A stretch of 64,000 bases of DNA, from IMG/VR virus record IMGVR_UViG_3300037107_000081, positions 11,034 through 75,033 of that record, one strand, 5' to 3'. Positions 1 through 8,817 of this stretch are shown piece after piece (the stretch's first letter is position 1; each line of letters starts with the position of its first letter). A program made the translations under genes and the position numbers. Below the pieces are notes generated by a model. The model made no database searches. It saw only the letters and a list, made by a program, of their open reading frames with translations, and had not been told where the DNA came from. Origin of the DNA: a virus.

Positions 1-5
1 ACTTA

Positions 6-1166
6 ATGTCACAGGTAAGTTCAAATGCTAAATCAACTAAAGATAATATCAATAAAATCAAGACTGAAATTCGTAATCATAATGTAAAGATCGTTCCTCC
101 CGAAGTTAATACATCGCAATTATCCTGGAAGATTATTGATGATAAGACATTGATAACCGGGTTGGATTCATTGAAATATATGGGCAAGGATGCAATTCCG
201 GAGTTAATTTCAAAGCGTCCATTCACAAGTTTTCAGGATTTAATCTACCGAACAGATGCTTCCAAGGTTCGTTCGCCAAGTATTCAGGCAATGGCAGCCT
301 CAGGTAGTTTGGATTCGTTTGGTATGGATCGAAAATTAATGTTCCTATATGCATCAGATTATAGGGCAAAGCTTCGTTCTCATATGGATAAATTGGATAA
401 GATTTGGGCTAAGGCTGGGAATGAAGATGTAGCGATATCACCTGAGCGTGTGCAAAAACATTTATCTGAGTTCAATTATCCATTTCCAGAAGAAGCGCCA
501 TGGACAATTCAGGAGTTATTTGCTCTAGAAGAATTTTACATGGGTGAGGGTATTAGTGGGGATACTTTCGATCGGTATCCTGGATTCTTTGATAGGAAGA
601 AGACGGTTCCATTTACAGCCATGCAACAAATGTTTCCATGGCATCTTGAGTATGAGGATGATGAGCGGGCGAATAGAAAGGCTAATACACATTTTCTAGC
701 CAATTTAAAAATAAGGCCAATGGAAGCTGTGATAACTGGATTATTTGTTTTTACAGTTAAGAAGGAAGATTCTAAGATATTTGGCAAAGAGATGGCTAGA
801 TTATCAATTAAGGATCCATGGGGTGATGAATCTACTTTGCTATGTTTTCCTGAGGCATGGGAAGGGATGAAGGAGCGGGTTGCTGAATTAAAGAAGAATA
901 TTGAGATTGGGTTAGCTATTAGGTTTTTGGGACAATTTCAATGGGAGAATGAGCATAGTACAAGTTTTATATTGAGTGATATATTAGATTGTAAGGCTCC
1001 ACCAAGTCTACCTGAGGATCGCAAGTCTAAGAAGGTAAAGATGCCCCGGTCCAAGAAGATTAAGAAGGAGGAGGCTGATTTGATGACAGGTGAGGAGCTT
1101 TGCGAAGAATTGGAAAGTGAGTTGTTGGATGAAGGGATGGCTACGGTTGATGATGAGGAAGAATAA
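6..1166 (+). CDS. dnaE: DNA polymerase III alpha subunit, C-terminal part (HhH + OB fold); probably truncated by the window start
   Basis: VKIVPPEVNTS..GLDSLKYMG..RPFTSFQD..SGSLDSFG, E..YMG.GIS and MARLSIKDPWG..CFPEAW match the DnaE C-terminal motifs; the frame is open to the window edge (TTA at 3-5). Confidence 0.85.
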   Translation: MSQVSSNAKSTKDNINKIKTEIRNHNVKIVPPEVNTSQLSWKIIDDKTLITGLDSLKYMGKDAIPELISKRPFTSFQDLIYRTDASKVRSPSIQAMAASGSLDSFGMDRKLMFLYASDYRAKLRSHMDKLDKIWAKAGNEDVAISPERVQKHLSEFNYPFPEEAPWTIQELFALEEFYMGEGISGDTFDRYPGFFDRKKTVPFTAMQQMFPWHLEYEDDERANRKANTHFLANLKIRPMEAVITGLFVFTVKKEDSKIFGKEMARLSIKDPWGDESTLLCFPEAWEGMKERVAELKKNIEIGLAIRFLGQFQWENEHSTSFILSDILDCKAPPSLPEDRKSKKVKMPRSKKIKKEEADLMTGEELCEELESELLDEGMATVDDEEE

Positions 1167-1176
1167 TTTGATGATG

Positions 1177-1212
1177 ATACGTTGATTGTTTATTATTGAT
1201 TTTACCAGAGAG
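1177..1212 (-). promoter_or_regulatory. Bipartite motif copy CTCTGGTAAAA-N18-CGTAT
   Basis: Reverse complement reads CTCTCTGGTAAAATCAATAATAAACAATCAACGTAT; 1169-1226 is imperfectly repeated at 1307-1363. Confidence 0.6.
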
Positions 1213-1223
1213 TAGGAATTTAT

Positions 1224-1310
1224 ATGCAAATAGAAACTGTAGAATTTGATAATTTAGATTTATTATTTGAAGATATGATTAAATTTAAAGAAACCAATAA
1301 TGTTTGTTGA
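1224..1310 (+). CDS. Putative 28-aa peptide MQIETVEFDNLDLLFEDMIKFKETNNVC
   Basis: ATG after AGGA; sits between the two repeat copies; not in the ORF track. Confidence 0.3.
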   Translation: MQIETVEFDNLDLLFEDMIKFKETNNVC

Positions 1311-1312
1311 TG

Positions 1313-1347
1313 ATACATTGTTTTGATTGATTATTTTTACTAGAGAG
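1313..1347 (-). promoter_or_regulatory. Bipartite motif copy CTCTAGTAAAA-N17-TGTAT
   Basis: One mismatch to the consensus; followed on + by GGAG RBS and ATG 1361. Confidence 0.55.
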
Positions 1348-1360
1348 TTAGGAGTTTATT

Positions 1361-1726
1361 ATGGAAAAAAGAATATTGTGGGATGAATATAATTCTAATA
1401 CTCAATACCCAATGTACAAATGTGATGATATAAAAGCGCGCGTAAGAGTTTTTAATGGTAAAGAATTTGTTTGGTTAGATTGTTTTGAGAGTAATGGTAT
1501 AATTCGTGGTTCTTGGATTACAAAACAATTCACACATAAAGAAGCAAATTTACAGATTAAAAAATGTTTATCTGAATTTGATTGTGTTGTATGTTGGAAA
1601 ATTGGGTTTTTATTTAGTGAGCTTGGAGATGAATATAAAAATAAGCATGTAATGTTATCTATAATTGGTATAGATAAGTTATTAAAAAACAATATTTCAA
1701 ATGCTCCTGAGTGGTATATAAAATAA
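1361..1726 (+). CDS. Hypothetical protein
   Basis: 121-aa ORF with AGGAG RBS. Confidence 0.6.
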   Translation: MEKRILWDEYNSNTQYPMYKCDDIKARVRVFNGKEFVWLDCFESNGIIRGSWITKQFTHKEANLQIKKCLSEFDCVVCWKIGFLFSELGDEYKNKHVMLSIIGIDKLLKNNISNAPEWYIK

Positions 1727-1736
1727 TAGGATAATT

Positions 1737-2492
1737 ATGAGATGTATTAGTTGTGGTGTTGATGTTCCGCCTATTTGGGTTAAGGCAATTGAGTTAAATT
1801 CTTGTCCGTCGTGTGGTTCTGCTATAATGAATGAAGCCACCCAAGATCTATTGAAAGAGTTGTCTGATGCATTAACTCGCATGCCTAATAATCCTCAGGG
1901 AGTAGCTGGTTGGCTTTTGTCTAATTATCGTTTTCAGAAGATGGGTGATGCTGTTCCTGTTGAGAAATTTCATAATAAGGGTAGTGCTGTGGGTAGTGTG
2001 CCTGGTGAAATTAATGATAGCCAGTTAAAGATTGCGCCTAGAGTCAATGATTTTGTAAAGCGCAATGATGCCGAGAAATATGTAGCAAGGACCCAAGAGC
2101 TTGCTGAGAAGGCTAAGGGTTTAAAGAATAAGCAGATGGCGGAGTTTGCTTCTTTAATTAATGGGGTAAAGGATCCGTATGAAGATCCTGATCTGGTTGA
2201 GACGGTTGCTGATGCGTCTTCTGATGTTGAGGATCAAATGACATATGCATTATTAAAGTCTCAGGGAATTGATCCATTTGCTGAGTCTGGTAGTAATAAT
2301 GCTCCTACAGGTCCAATGAATGTAAGCCAGATAATTGATCAAGAAATTAAAGGGGCTAGTAAGATAAGTGAGTATGAACAGATAATGATGCAGAGTGATA
2401 GGGGTAGGGAGCAATTGCAAAATGAGCTGCACAAGAAGATTAAGGCTCAGGATGCGATAAATGGGGTTGGCAAGGGTGTGTTTAGGAGATGA
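1737..2492 (+). CDS. Zn-ribbon hypothetical protein
   Basis: CISC...CPSC at the N-terminus; C-terminal GxGxFRR motif. Confidence 0.7.
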   Translation: MRCISCGVDVPPIWVKAIELNSCPSCGSAIMNEATQDLLKELSDALTRMPNNPQGVAGWLLSNYRFQKMGDAVPVEKFHNKGSAVGSVPGEINDSQLKIAPRVNDFVKRNDAEKYVARTQELAEKAKGLKNKQMAEFASLINGVKDPYEDPDLVETVADASSDVEDQMTYALLKSQGIDPFAESGSNNAPTGPMNVSQIIDQEIKGASKISEYEQIMMQSDRGREQLQNELHKKIKAQDAINGVGKGVFRR

Positions 2493-2496
2493 TAGT

Positions 2497-3249
2497 ATGG
2501 TAGATGATATTAATTATTTTATTGGAAAGGTTAAGAATATTGTAGAGAAGTATGATTCTGAAGATATTAGGAACCATATTACTGATGAGGATTTTGATAC
2601 ATTTTCAATTTCTATTATTAATTTATTGGATCTTATTAAAAGGGCAAGGGTAGAAAAGACATTAAATGATGAAAAATATCCAATATCTAATAAAGATTCG
2701 TATAACCTTACATTTGATGAGTTAAAGGCTAGAAATGAAATAAAACTAGATAAGTTCATTAAAGACAATAATAAATCAAAGAGCCAATACGAAGAGCCAA
2801 CTGAAGAAGAAATTGATAAGATGAGGGAAGATGGAATTTATTATGTTAAATCAGGTTCAATATCCGATGAACCTTTCTTTTTAACTACTAATTTGAAAGA
2901 TATTATTGATTTTTGTATAACTGATAAGGTCAATTATTCACATGAAGAGCGGTTATCTAAAAGTGAAGGTGGTAGAGAGTATTTAGCATTGTGTAGGCAG
3001 AAGAAAGATAAGGGTAAGGCTGCTCTTTTAGCTGGTGAAGGCGGGTGTTTTAGTAGGGGTGTGCCTAGTCGTGTAAGTGAAAAATCAAAAGCAATAAGAA
3101 GGCATTTTGAGGAAGAGTCTGAGCGTAGGTGTAATGATCCTAATGTATTATCTAAATATATGGATGATGATACTAAATCTAAAATGAAAGATGCGCTTGA
3201 TGAAATAAAAAAGTTTAGTAGTGAATTTATTAAAGATCAAAAAGAATAA
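2497..3249 (+). CDS. Hypothetical protein sharing a ~35-aa motif with the 1737 ORF
   Basis: Likely start ATG 2497 after AGGAG; SEGGREYL..KK.K...GEGGCFSR. Confidence 0.65.
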   Translation: MVDDINYFIGKVKNIVEKYDSEDIRNHITDEDFDTFSISIINLLDLIKRARVEKTLNDEKYPISNKDSYNLTFDELKARNEIKLDKFIKDNNKSKSQYEEPTEEEIDKMREDGIYYVKSGSISDEPFFLTTNLKDIIDFCITDKVNYSHEERLSKSEGGREYLALCRQKKDKGKAALLAGEGGCFSRGVPSRVSEKSKAIRRHFEEESERRCNDPNVLSKYMDDDTKSKMKDALDEIKKFSSEFIKDQKE

Positions 3250-3250
3250 T

Positions 3251-3353
3251 ATACATTTCGGTCACTTTATTGATTTTACCAGAAAGATATTTGTATTTTC
3301 CGTCCCAAATAAATAAACTCTCTGGTAAAAATATAAAAACTAATAAATGTAAC
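3251..3353. promoter_or_regulatory. Back-to-back pair of the bipartite motif
   Basis: Minus copy: CTGGTAAAA 3282-3274, N18, TGTAT. Plus copy: CTGGTAAAA 3322-3330, N17, TGTAAC. Confidence 0.65.
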
Positions 3354-3365
3354 AAAAGGATTAAT

Positions 3366-3584
3366 ATGATTATCAGAAAAGATTTAGAAATTGCTGAATT
3401 AATAAAGCTAGGAGAAAAAGGAATTACTCAGGATGAACTTGAAGATGTTGTTTCTGAATATAAAGAAGAGCGTGAAAGGGTTGATGTAAGAAAATCATTT
3501 GAGGCTATGAAGGAAGAATATAAAAAAGAGAAATCCAAGAATAATTTTGAAGAGGGTGCTGGTGGTTTTAGGAGGACAAAATGA
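3366..3584 (+). CDS. Hypothetical protein, third member of the GGFRR motif group
   Basis: ATG 3366 after AAGGA; ends FEEGAGGFRRTK. Confidence 0.55.
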   Translation: MIIRKDLEIAELIKLGEKGITQDELEDVVSEYKEERERVDVRKSFEAMKEEYKKEKSKNNFEEGAGGFRRTK

Positions 3585-3856
3585 ATTTGGAAGATGAAGA
3601 AAAATCTAATAAAGAATTTAGTAAGTTTCTTTATTCTAATGGTGATGAAATTGTTGAGACTAATAATCATCTTTTATATTTTGATGTAGATAACCCAAAC
3701 TATGGAAATATTAGTTTTAATACACCCAAATATGGAGAGGTTATTAAGGTGTGTAATAATGGTGATATTTTTATTAAGGGTCGATTAGTTACCAACGATA
3801 TGGAAGTTGTTGATGGCATTAAAGAATTTTTCTTTATGGCAAGAGCGGAAAAATAA
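3581..3856 (+). CDS. Hypothetical protein
   Basis: ATGA overlap, GGAGG RBS. Confidence 0.6.
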   Translation: MNLEDEEKSNKEFSKFLYSNGDEIVETNNHLLYFDVDNPNYGNISFNTPKYGEVIKVCNNGDIFIKGRLVTNDMEVVDGIKEFFFMARAEK

Positions 3857-4035
3857 TGGATGAAGAAAGAGATTCATGTGGCCGTCCAGTAGAATGGATT
3901 AAAGAACAAACTCTAAGGTATATGAATAGGCGTGGATGTCGAGAAGATTATGCCAGATCTGTTGTAGAGGCACAGTATGATTGTGATGTGGAAATTTTTA
4001 GAGACATAGACGCACAAATAGCAAAAGATAAATAA
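3856..4035 (+). CDS. Hypothetical 59-aa protein (MDEERDSCGRPVEW...)
   Basis: Fills the gap exactly, with TAATG overlap upstream and abutting ATG 4036; below the ORF-track cutoff. Confidence 0.55.
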   Translation: MDEERDSCGRPVEWIKEQTLRYMNRRGCREDYARSVVEAQYDCDVEIFRDIDAQIAKDK

Positions 4036-4446
4036 ATGGCCAAAGAATTAACCCAAATAAGAATCATAGACAATAAGAAAGTCCGCCTTACTAATGACGA
4101 ATTTTCTTTTTATGAGGAAATTTGCAAGGCTTATGACCGCCCAAACTTCAAAGGAAAAGATTTGTTCCAGGATCATTTTGAAGTAAATGATGACGGTATT
4201 ATTATATTTGTTAAGCCTCCATACAAGAAATATTCATCAATGGAAGTCTTTACTTTCTTGGTTAGCCTAATGGTAAATCAACAACTAAGGATTTCTCAAG
4301 ATCAAGTTGCTGCATTTATAACCGAAGGAAAAGCTAAATTTAAAGAACAACTTGATGAAATTAATGTACTAAAAGAAGATATTAGTTCCTTAAAAGTTGA
4401 GGTCGAGCAGCAGAAGGTGTCACCCATAAAAGCAGATGACAACTGA
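4036..4446 (+). CDS. Hypothetical protein with C-terminal coiled coil
   Basis: 136-aa ORF in a tight operon. Confidence 0.65.
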   Translation: MAKELTQIRIIDNKKVRLTNDEFSFYEEICKAYDRPNFKGKDLFQDHFEVNDDGIIIFVKPPYKKYSSMEVFTFLVSLMVNQQLRISQDQVAAFITEGKAKFKEQLDEINVLKEDISSLKVEVEQQKVSPIKADDN

Positions 4447-4873
4447 TACTGATGTAAATGATCTCATAACTGGATTTGAAGAAAAATATCACAAGGTTCT
4501 ATTAAAGCTAGATTCCTTGTCTCGCGGCACATTCGATGAGGATGATGCTACTGCAATGGCTGCTTTGTGTTTAATTGCTCAAGCTGCCTTACTATCTGAT
4601 TTAGCTGCTTTTGATTTGCGGTCAAGATCCTTAAAGCGTGACATTGATTTTGCTAAAGCTACCGCATACGCAAAGCTGAGGAAAGATCCAATTGTTGATG
4701 GTAAAAAAGTTACAGAGAGCGCATTATCTCAACTAATTATAATTGATCCAGATGTAAAGCGTATTTCTGATGAGCAAAATATAGCTGAGCGAGATTATAA
4801 GAATTTGTCAAATATTCAATCATTGCTCAAAGAAGCTCATCTTACATTTAGATCTATAAAGAAACCGGTATAA
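4436..4873 (+). CDS. UvsY-like recombination mediator (putative)
   Basis: Helical protein with KKVTESALSQLIIIDPDV pattern, directly upstream of recA. Confidence 0.45.
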   Translation: MTTDTDVNDLITGFEEKYHKVLLKLDSLSRGTFDEDDATAMAALCLIAQAALLSDLAAFDLRSRSLKRDIDFAKATAYAKLRKDPIVDGKKVTESALSQLIIIDPDVKRISDEQNIAERDYKNLSNIQSLLKEAHLTFRSIKKPV

Positions 4874-4884
4874 TAAAAGGAAAA

Positions 4885-5874
4885 ATGGCTGCGAAAAAGA
4901 TAAATACTGACGAAAAACCAACAATGGGATCAAAGCTTAATATTAATGATCTTGTTGCTAAGGCTAAGGGGCGTTTTGATAAGAAGAAGTCACCACTTAC
5001 TACACGCATGAAGACTGGTGATATGATTGTTTTATCAACAGATCCTAGTGATTACATAACATCATCAGACCTAAATAAGTTTTGGAAGCCTTTGACTGGT
5101 CTTCTTGGTCTTGCTTATGGGCGTATTTTTCAAATTGCAGGCAGACCAGATTCAGGAAAAAGCACAGCCGCAATGTTATTTATGAAGGCTGCCCAAGAAC
5201 AGGGAGCTTTGGTTGTACTCTGGGATGCCGAGGGTAAGTTTGATTCAGTACGCTACAAGGATAGGATTGGTGGTGATCCTTCTCAGATTGTAGTGGCACC
5301 AAGCAGAAATATTCTAGAGGGTGTTCAACAGGTGGTTGCTTATGTAAAGGCAGCTAAAGAAATGGATCCTGATTGTAAGATCTTGATTAATTGGGATTCT
5401 GTTGGAGCATCAATTAACTCTGCCGAAGATGAAGAGAATGATGATTATAGCAAGCAACCAGGCGTTACAGCAAAGGAAGTTTCTTGGGCAATCAGACGAT
5501 TCAATCAGCTAATTGAGAAGTTCCGTGATGAAGATGGAAATTATACAATAGCTATTCTTTGTATCAATCAGGTTTATGCAAAGATTGGTTTCATGCAATC
5601 TGGTTATCAACAAAAGGGCGGGGCAGAACTGGAATATCTTAGTTCCCTTATTCTAGAAATGTCGAGGAAGAAAACGCTCACCCGTACTAAGAATAAGCAA
5701 AAGGTAAAATACGGAATTGTAACATCTGCAAAGGTAAAGAAGAATCATTTGTTTGGTGGTGAAGATTGTATTGCCGAGCTTGATCTTTGTGTTTCTGCAT
5801 CTGGAATTGATTTGATGGAAGAAGTAAAGAGTAAGATACCAGATGTAGATGATTTGAACGAGGATGATGAATAA
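4885..5874 (+). CDS. recA: RecA/UvsX-like recombinase
   Basis: Walker A GRPDSGKST, DAEGKFD, WDSVGA, INQV, GGAEL.Y.SS, KVKKNH. Confidence 0.9.
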   Translation: MAAKKINTDEKPTMGSKLNINDLVAKAKGRFDKKKSPLTTRMKTGDMIVLSTDPSDYITSSDLNKFWKPLTGLLGLAYGRIFQIAGRPDSGKSTAAMLFMKAAQEQGALVVLWDAEGKFDSVRYKDRIGGDPSQIVVAPSRNILEGVQQVVAYVKAAKEMDPDCKILINWDSVGASINSAEDEENDDYSKQPGVTAKEVSWAIRRFNQLIEKFRDEDGNYTIAILCINQVYAKIGFMQSGYQQKGGAELEYLSSLILEMSRKKTLTRTKNKQKVKYGIVTSAKVKKNHLFGGEDCIAELDLCVSASGIDLMEEVKSKIPDVDDLNEDDE

Positions 5875-6578
5875 TGTTAAGAATAATTAGATTAGGAAAC
5901 TCAATATCTAATTTATATGATGTTGATACTGATTGTGAATTTGAACCAGGAATGATTGCACAACATTATAAAAGAGGAGATAAATCTGTTTGTGGTGTTA
6001 GTGATGGTAGTTTGCCATTTGGAATTATTGATGATTTTAGGAAAAATAATTTTATAACCACAGAATCTAATGAACATGTTGTTGCTGACGCATCTGTTGT
6101 TGATGTAAAAGATGGTAAATTAATAACTCCTGTAGATATTAAATTTCAGCTTAAGCAATCAGATATTATCGCATCTACTTTTGAGGTTGTTACAAAACCT
6201 ATAAATGTAAGCCTTATTCAAAAAACTGGTGTTGTTATATTTCCAGCAGGAACACAATTAAATTTTGATGCTAATAAAGATGGTTTTATTGATTCTATAT
6301 CAATGTATGTTAGATATTTTTATAAAAAACAAATTCCTAATTATTATACTTCTGTAACAAATGGCAAGATAACTGTTTGGTCTTCTAACCATGGTATGTT
6401 TGAAACAGATCAGTTCGAGACAAATGTAGATTATGAATTACACAAACATATTAATCTTTTTGTGTCGAGTAATGGAAAGCTTACTTCGTTTCAATTACAC
6501 AGTTCCCAGCAACCTTTTGGAAAAATAATATATCCACCAACAAATAATAGACCAATCTTAACTTTTCTTATGTTTTAG
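5874..6578 (+). CDS. Paralog of the putative capsid decoration protein at 39840
   Basis: Aligns over its length with 39840..40535 (EFEPGMIAQ, VCGVSDG, GIIDDF, FPAGT.LNFD...DG..DSI). Confidence 0.65.
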   Translation: MLRIIRLGNSISNLYDVDTDCEFEPGMIAQHYKRGDKSVCGVSDGSLPFGIIDDFRKNNFITTESNEHVVADASVVDVKDGKLITPVDIKFQLKQSDIIASTFEVVTKPINVSLIQKTGVVIFPAGTQLNFDANKDGFIDSISMYVRYFYKKQIPNYYTSVTNGKITVWSSNHGMFETDQFETNVDYELHKHINLFVSSNGKLTSFQLHSSQQPFGKIIYPPTNNRPILTFLMF

Positions 6579-6597
6579 CTTAAAATACCGAGGATTA

Positions 6598-6906
6598 ATG
6601 ACATCTTTTAATGCACAACCAGTAGATAGATCTGCTATTAAACCGATATATATTATAGTGGCAGAAGACCCGTCCGAACCCGAAGGAATTGCTTATTATA
6701 AGTCGCAAGATTTAAATGAAAACTCAGCATTTCTAGAGATAAGAATTGGTTACCTGCTAAATAAAACACAAGCGGTAAAACTAGTTAAAGATCCTCATGC
6801 ATCAATAAATGGCAAAACGGAACCAAAAGCAATTAATCGCAAAATTCCGTGGAGCAGAATAATTCGCATAGATCACATAACGTACAACAAAAAATCGCAA
6901 GATTAA
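6598..6906 (+). CDS. Hypothetical protein
   Basis: 102-aa ORF, GAGG RBS. Confidence 0.6.
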   Translation: MTSFNAQPVDRSAIKPIYIIVAEDPSEPEGIAYYKSQDLNENSAFLEIRIGYLLNKTQAVKLVKDPHASINGKTEPKAINRKIPWSRIIRIDHITYNKKSQD

Positions 6907-6943
6907 TTATCCATATTAAAATATGGACTTGAGTAAGTAGGAA

Positions 6944-7129
6944 ATGCCAATTTCGAAAGAACAAGTTAAACAAGAGATTAGAGTGCCCAAGATCATTGGA
7001 CGCAAGCGTAAGTCTGCGTCCAAGGGTCGTTTGAAGGAAACTGAACTAACTAACCGTGGCAGGTTGAACAATATGCAGGATGCTTCTCAGGGGCGAGAGT
7101 TTATGCTAATATTAAACCACTTGAAGTAG
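6944..7129 (+). CDS. Small basic hypothetical protein
   Basis: 61-aa ORF, AGGA upstream. Confidence 0.4.
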   Translation: MPISKEQVKQEIRVPKIIGRKRKSASKGRLKETELTNRGRLNNMQDASQGREFMLILNHLK

Positions 7130-7228
7130 ATATACTATATATGATTAAGTGGAGGTTTTTGATTAGTCTAAATTCTTAACATTTATAAATTTCTTATTAA
7201 ATCTTAACTTATTAAATGTAAATTAAAA

Positions 7229-7288
7229 GTAAACCAAAACTGTAAACCAATCAAGGTAAACAAAATAACAAATAAGGTAAACAAAATG
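7229..7288 (+). repeat. GTAAAC(C/A)AA x4 in the SSB leader
   Basis: Copies at 7229, 7242, 7256 and 7277; the last runs into the ATG. Confidence 0.6.
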
Positions 7289-8068
7289 ACTGAAAATACA
7301 AACGTAAATACAAGCAAGCCGTCCGTAGGAATTCGACCATGGGGCACTCCACAAAAACAACAACGCAGATTCGATGATGAAGATCTTCCGCGTTTGAATT
7401 ATATGAAGTTGCTACCAGGACTTAATACTGTAAGAGCTGTTTCTGATATGGGTGTTTATTATCAAGCACGCGTTAAGCTTCCAAACAGTAAGAGTTCATT
7501 CGGTGATCGTATTCGCACATCATATCCAACGTATGATGACTGTCCAATAATTGAGTTCTTTGGTATGGAAGGTAAAGAGCGCTACTATGTTGTAGTTATC
7601 GACCGTGCAGATCCTACTGAACTAAAGCTATTGGATATGGGTCAGTTGGTTCAGGAACAAATTGATAATAATCTTGAGGTTATTAATTCAATGCGTAAGA
7701 GTGGAGATAAAGTTAACCCACGTGACTTTGATATTTCCATTAAGTTTAATCCAAAGAGCAAGAAGCCAGCAGGTTATCACAGTGTTGTTTGTGGACAGGT
7801 AGATCCGATGTCAGCAGAAGATCTAAAGCTTATTTCTGATATTGGTGGTGAGGAAGTGATTATTAAGATCATTAATCGTCAGCTTATTTGCCCGAAGCGT
7901 GAGACTGTTATCAAGAACCTAAAGAAGCTTGGTTGGGATGGTAGTGTTGTGCCCAAGGAAGAGAAAAAGGCCAAAGGAGCAAAGTTGGAAGAGGCTACGG
8001 AAGACGATTATAGTTTTCAAGCGCCTTCTACCAGTGAAACAGAAACGGACGAAGCAGTTAACGCCTGA
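7286..8068 (+). CDS. Single-stranded DNA-binding protein (T4 gp32-like)
   Basis: YMKL.PG.N.VR, CP, RYYVVVIDR..LKLL, P..FDI.I pattern and acidic C-terminal tail. Confidence 0.7.
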   Translation: MTENTNVNTSKPSVGIRPWGTPQKQQRRFDDEDLPRLNYMKLLPGLNTVRAVSDMGVYYQARVKLPNSKSSFGDRIRTSYPTYDDCPIIEFFGMEGKERYYVVVIDRADPTELKLLDMGQLVQEQIDNNLEVINSMRKSGDKVNPRDFDISIKFNPKSKKPAGYHSVVCGQVDPMSAEDLKLISDIGGEEVIIKIINRQLICPKRETVIKNLKKLGWDGSVVPKEEKKAKGAKLEEATEDDYSFQAPSTSETETDEAVNA

Positions 8069-8151
8069 TCTTGTTTTCGACTTACTTAGTAGTGAAGAAG
8101 AATATTAACTTGGCTTAACTTATTGTTACTGTCCATAGGCGTTCGTGAATT

Positions 8152-8190
8152 GGGAAAGGATGATTCTTCAATGGGTCCTCCTTTTCTTTT
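8152..8190 (+). terminator. Probable intrinsic terminator
   Basis: GGGAAAGGA...TCCTTTTC imperfect stem followed by a T run. Confidence 0.45.
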
Positions 8191-8205
8191 GATATATACA
8201 CTTAC

Positions 8206-8817
8206 ATGAAAAGAGTAATTGGGCTTGACGCATCGACCTCAGTAATAGGGATTGGAATTATTGATTATGATGGTTATAATACAATCCTAGTCCATTGTGA
8301 ATATTATAAACCAGACAAAACTAATGGTATTTTGGAAATGTTGCGTCAGGCAAGAGATTATATATTAAGTATAGCTATAAAATATAATATTGATGAGTTT
8401 GTTATTGAAGATTATATTAGATTTATGAAGGGTAGTTCTTCGGCGGCTACTACAATTCCTCTTGCAATATTAAATATGACTCTTAGATTAGCTATTCTTG
8501 ATAATTTAAATATTAATCCTGAATGTCTTAATGTTTTAAAAATTCGTCACACACTAAAATTATCCAAACAATTACCAGCCAAAGAGGATATGCCGGATCT
8601 TGTAGCTCATCATTTAAATATTGATTATCCATGGTTATATAAAATAAACAAGCGCACAAAACAACAAGTAATTATGGAAGAATCTCGGGATGTGGCTGAT
8701 GCAATTTCTGTCGCACTAGCTTATATAAAACTTCAACAAAAACCACCAAAGAAATCCAAACCGGTAAAAATAAAATCCAAAACAAATGTAAAATCAAAAT
8801 CTTCTGGTAAAAAATAA
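8206..8817 (+). CDS. RuvC-like Holliday junction resolvase
   Basis: IGLDASTS..G.G, VIED and DVADAISVA acidic catalytic motifs. Confidence 0.8.
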   Translation: MKRVIGLDASTSVIGIGIIDYDGYNTILVHCEYYKPDKTNGILEMLRQARDYILSIAIKYNIDEFVIEDYIRFMKGSSSAATTIPLAILNMTLRLAILDNLNINPECLNVLKIRHTLKLSKQLPAKEDMPDLVAHHLNIDYPWLYKINKRTKQQVIMEESRDVADAISVALAYIKLQQKPPKKSKPVKIKSKTNVKSKSSGKK

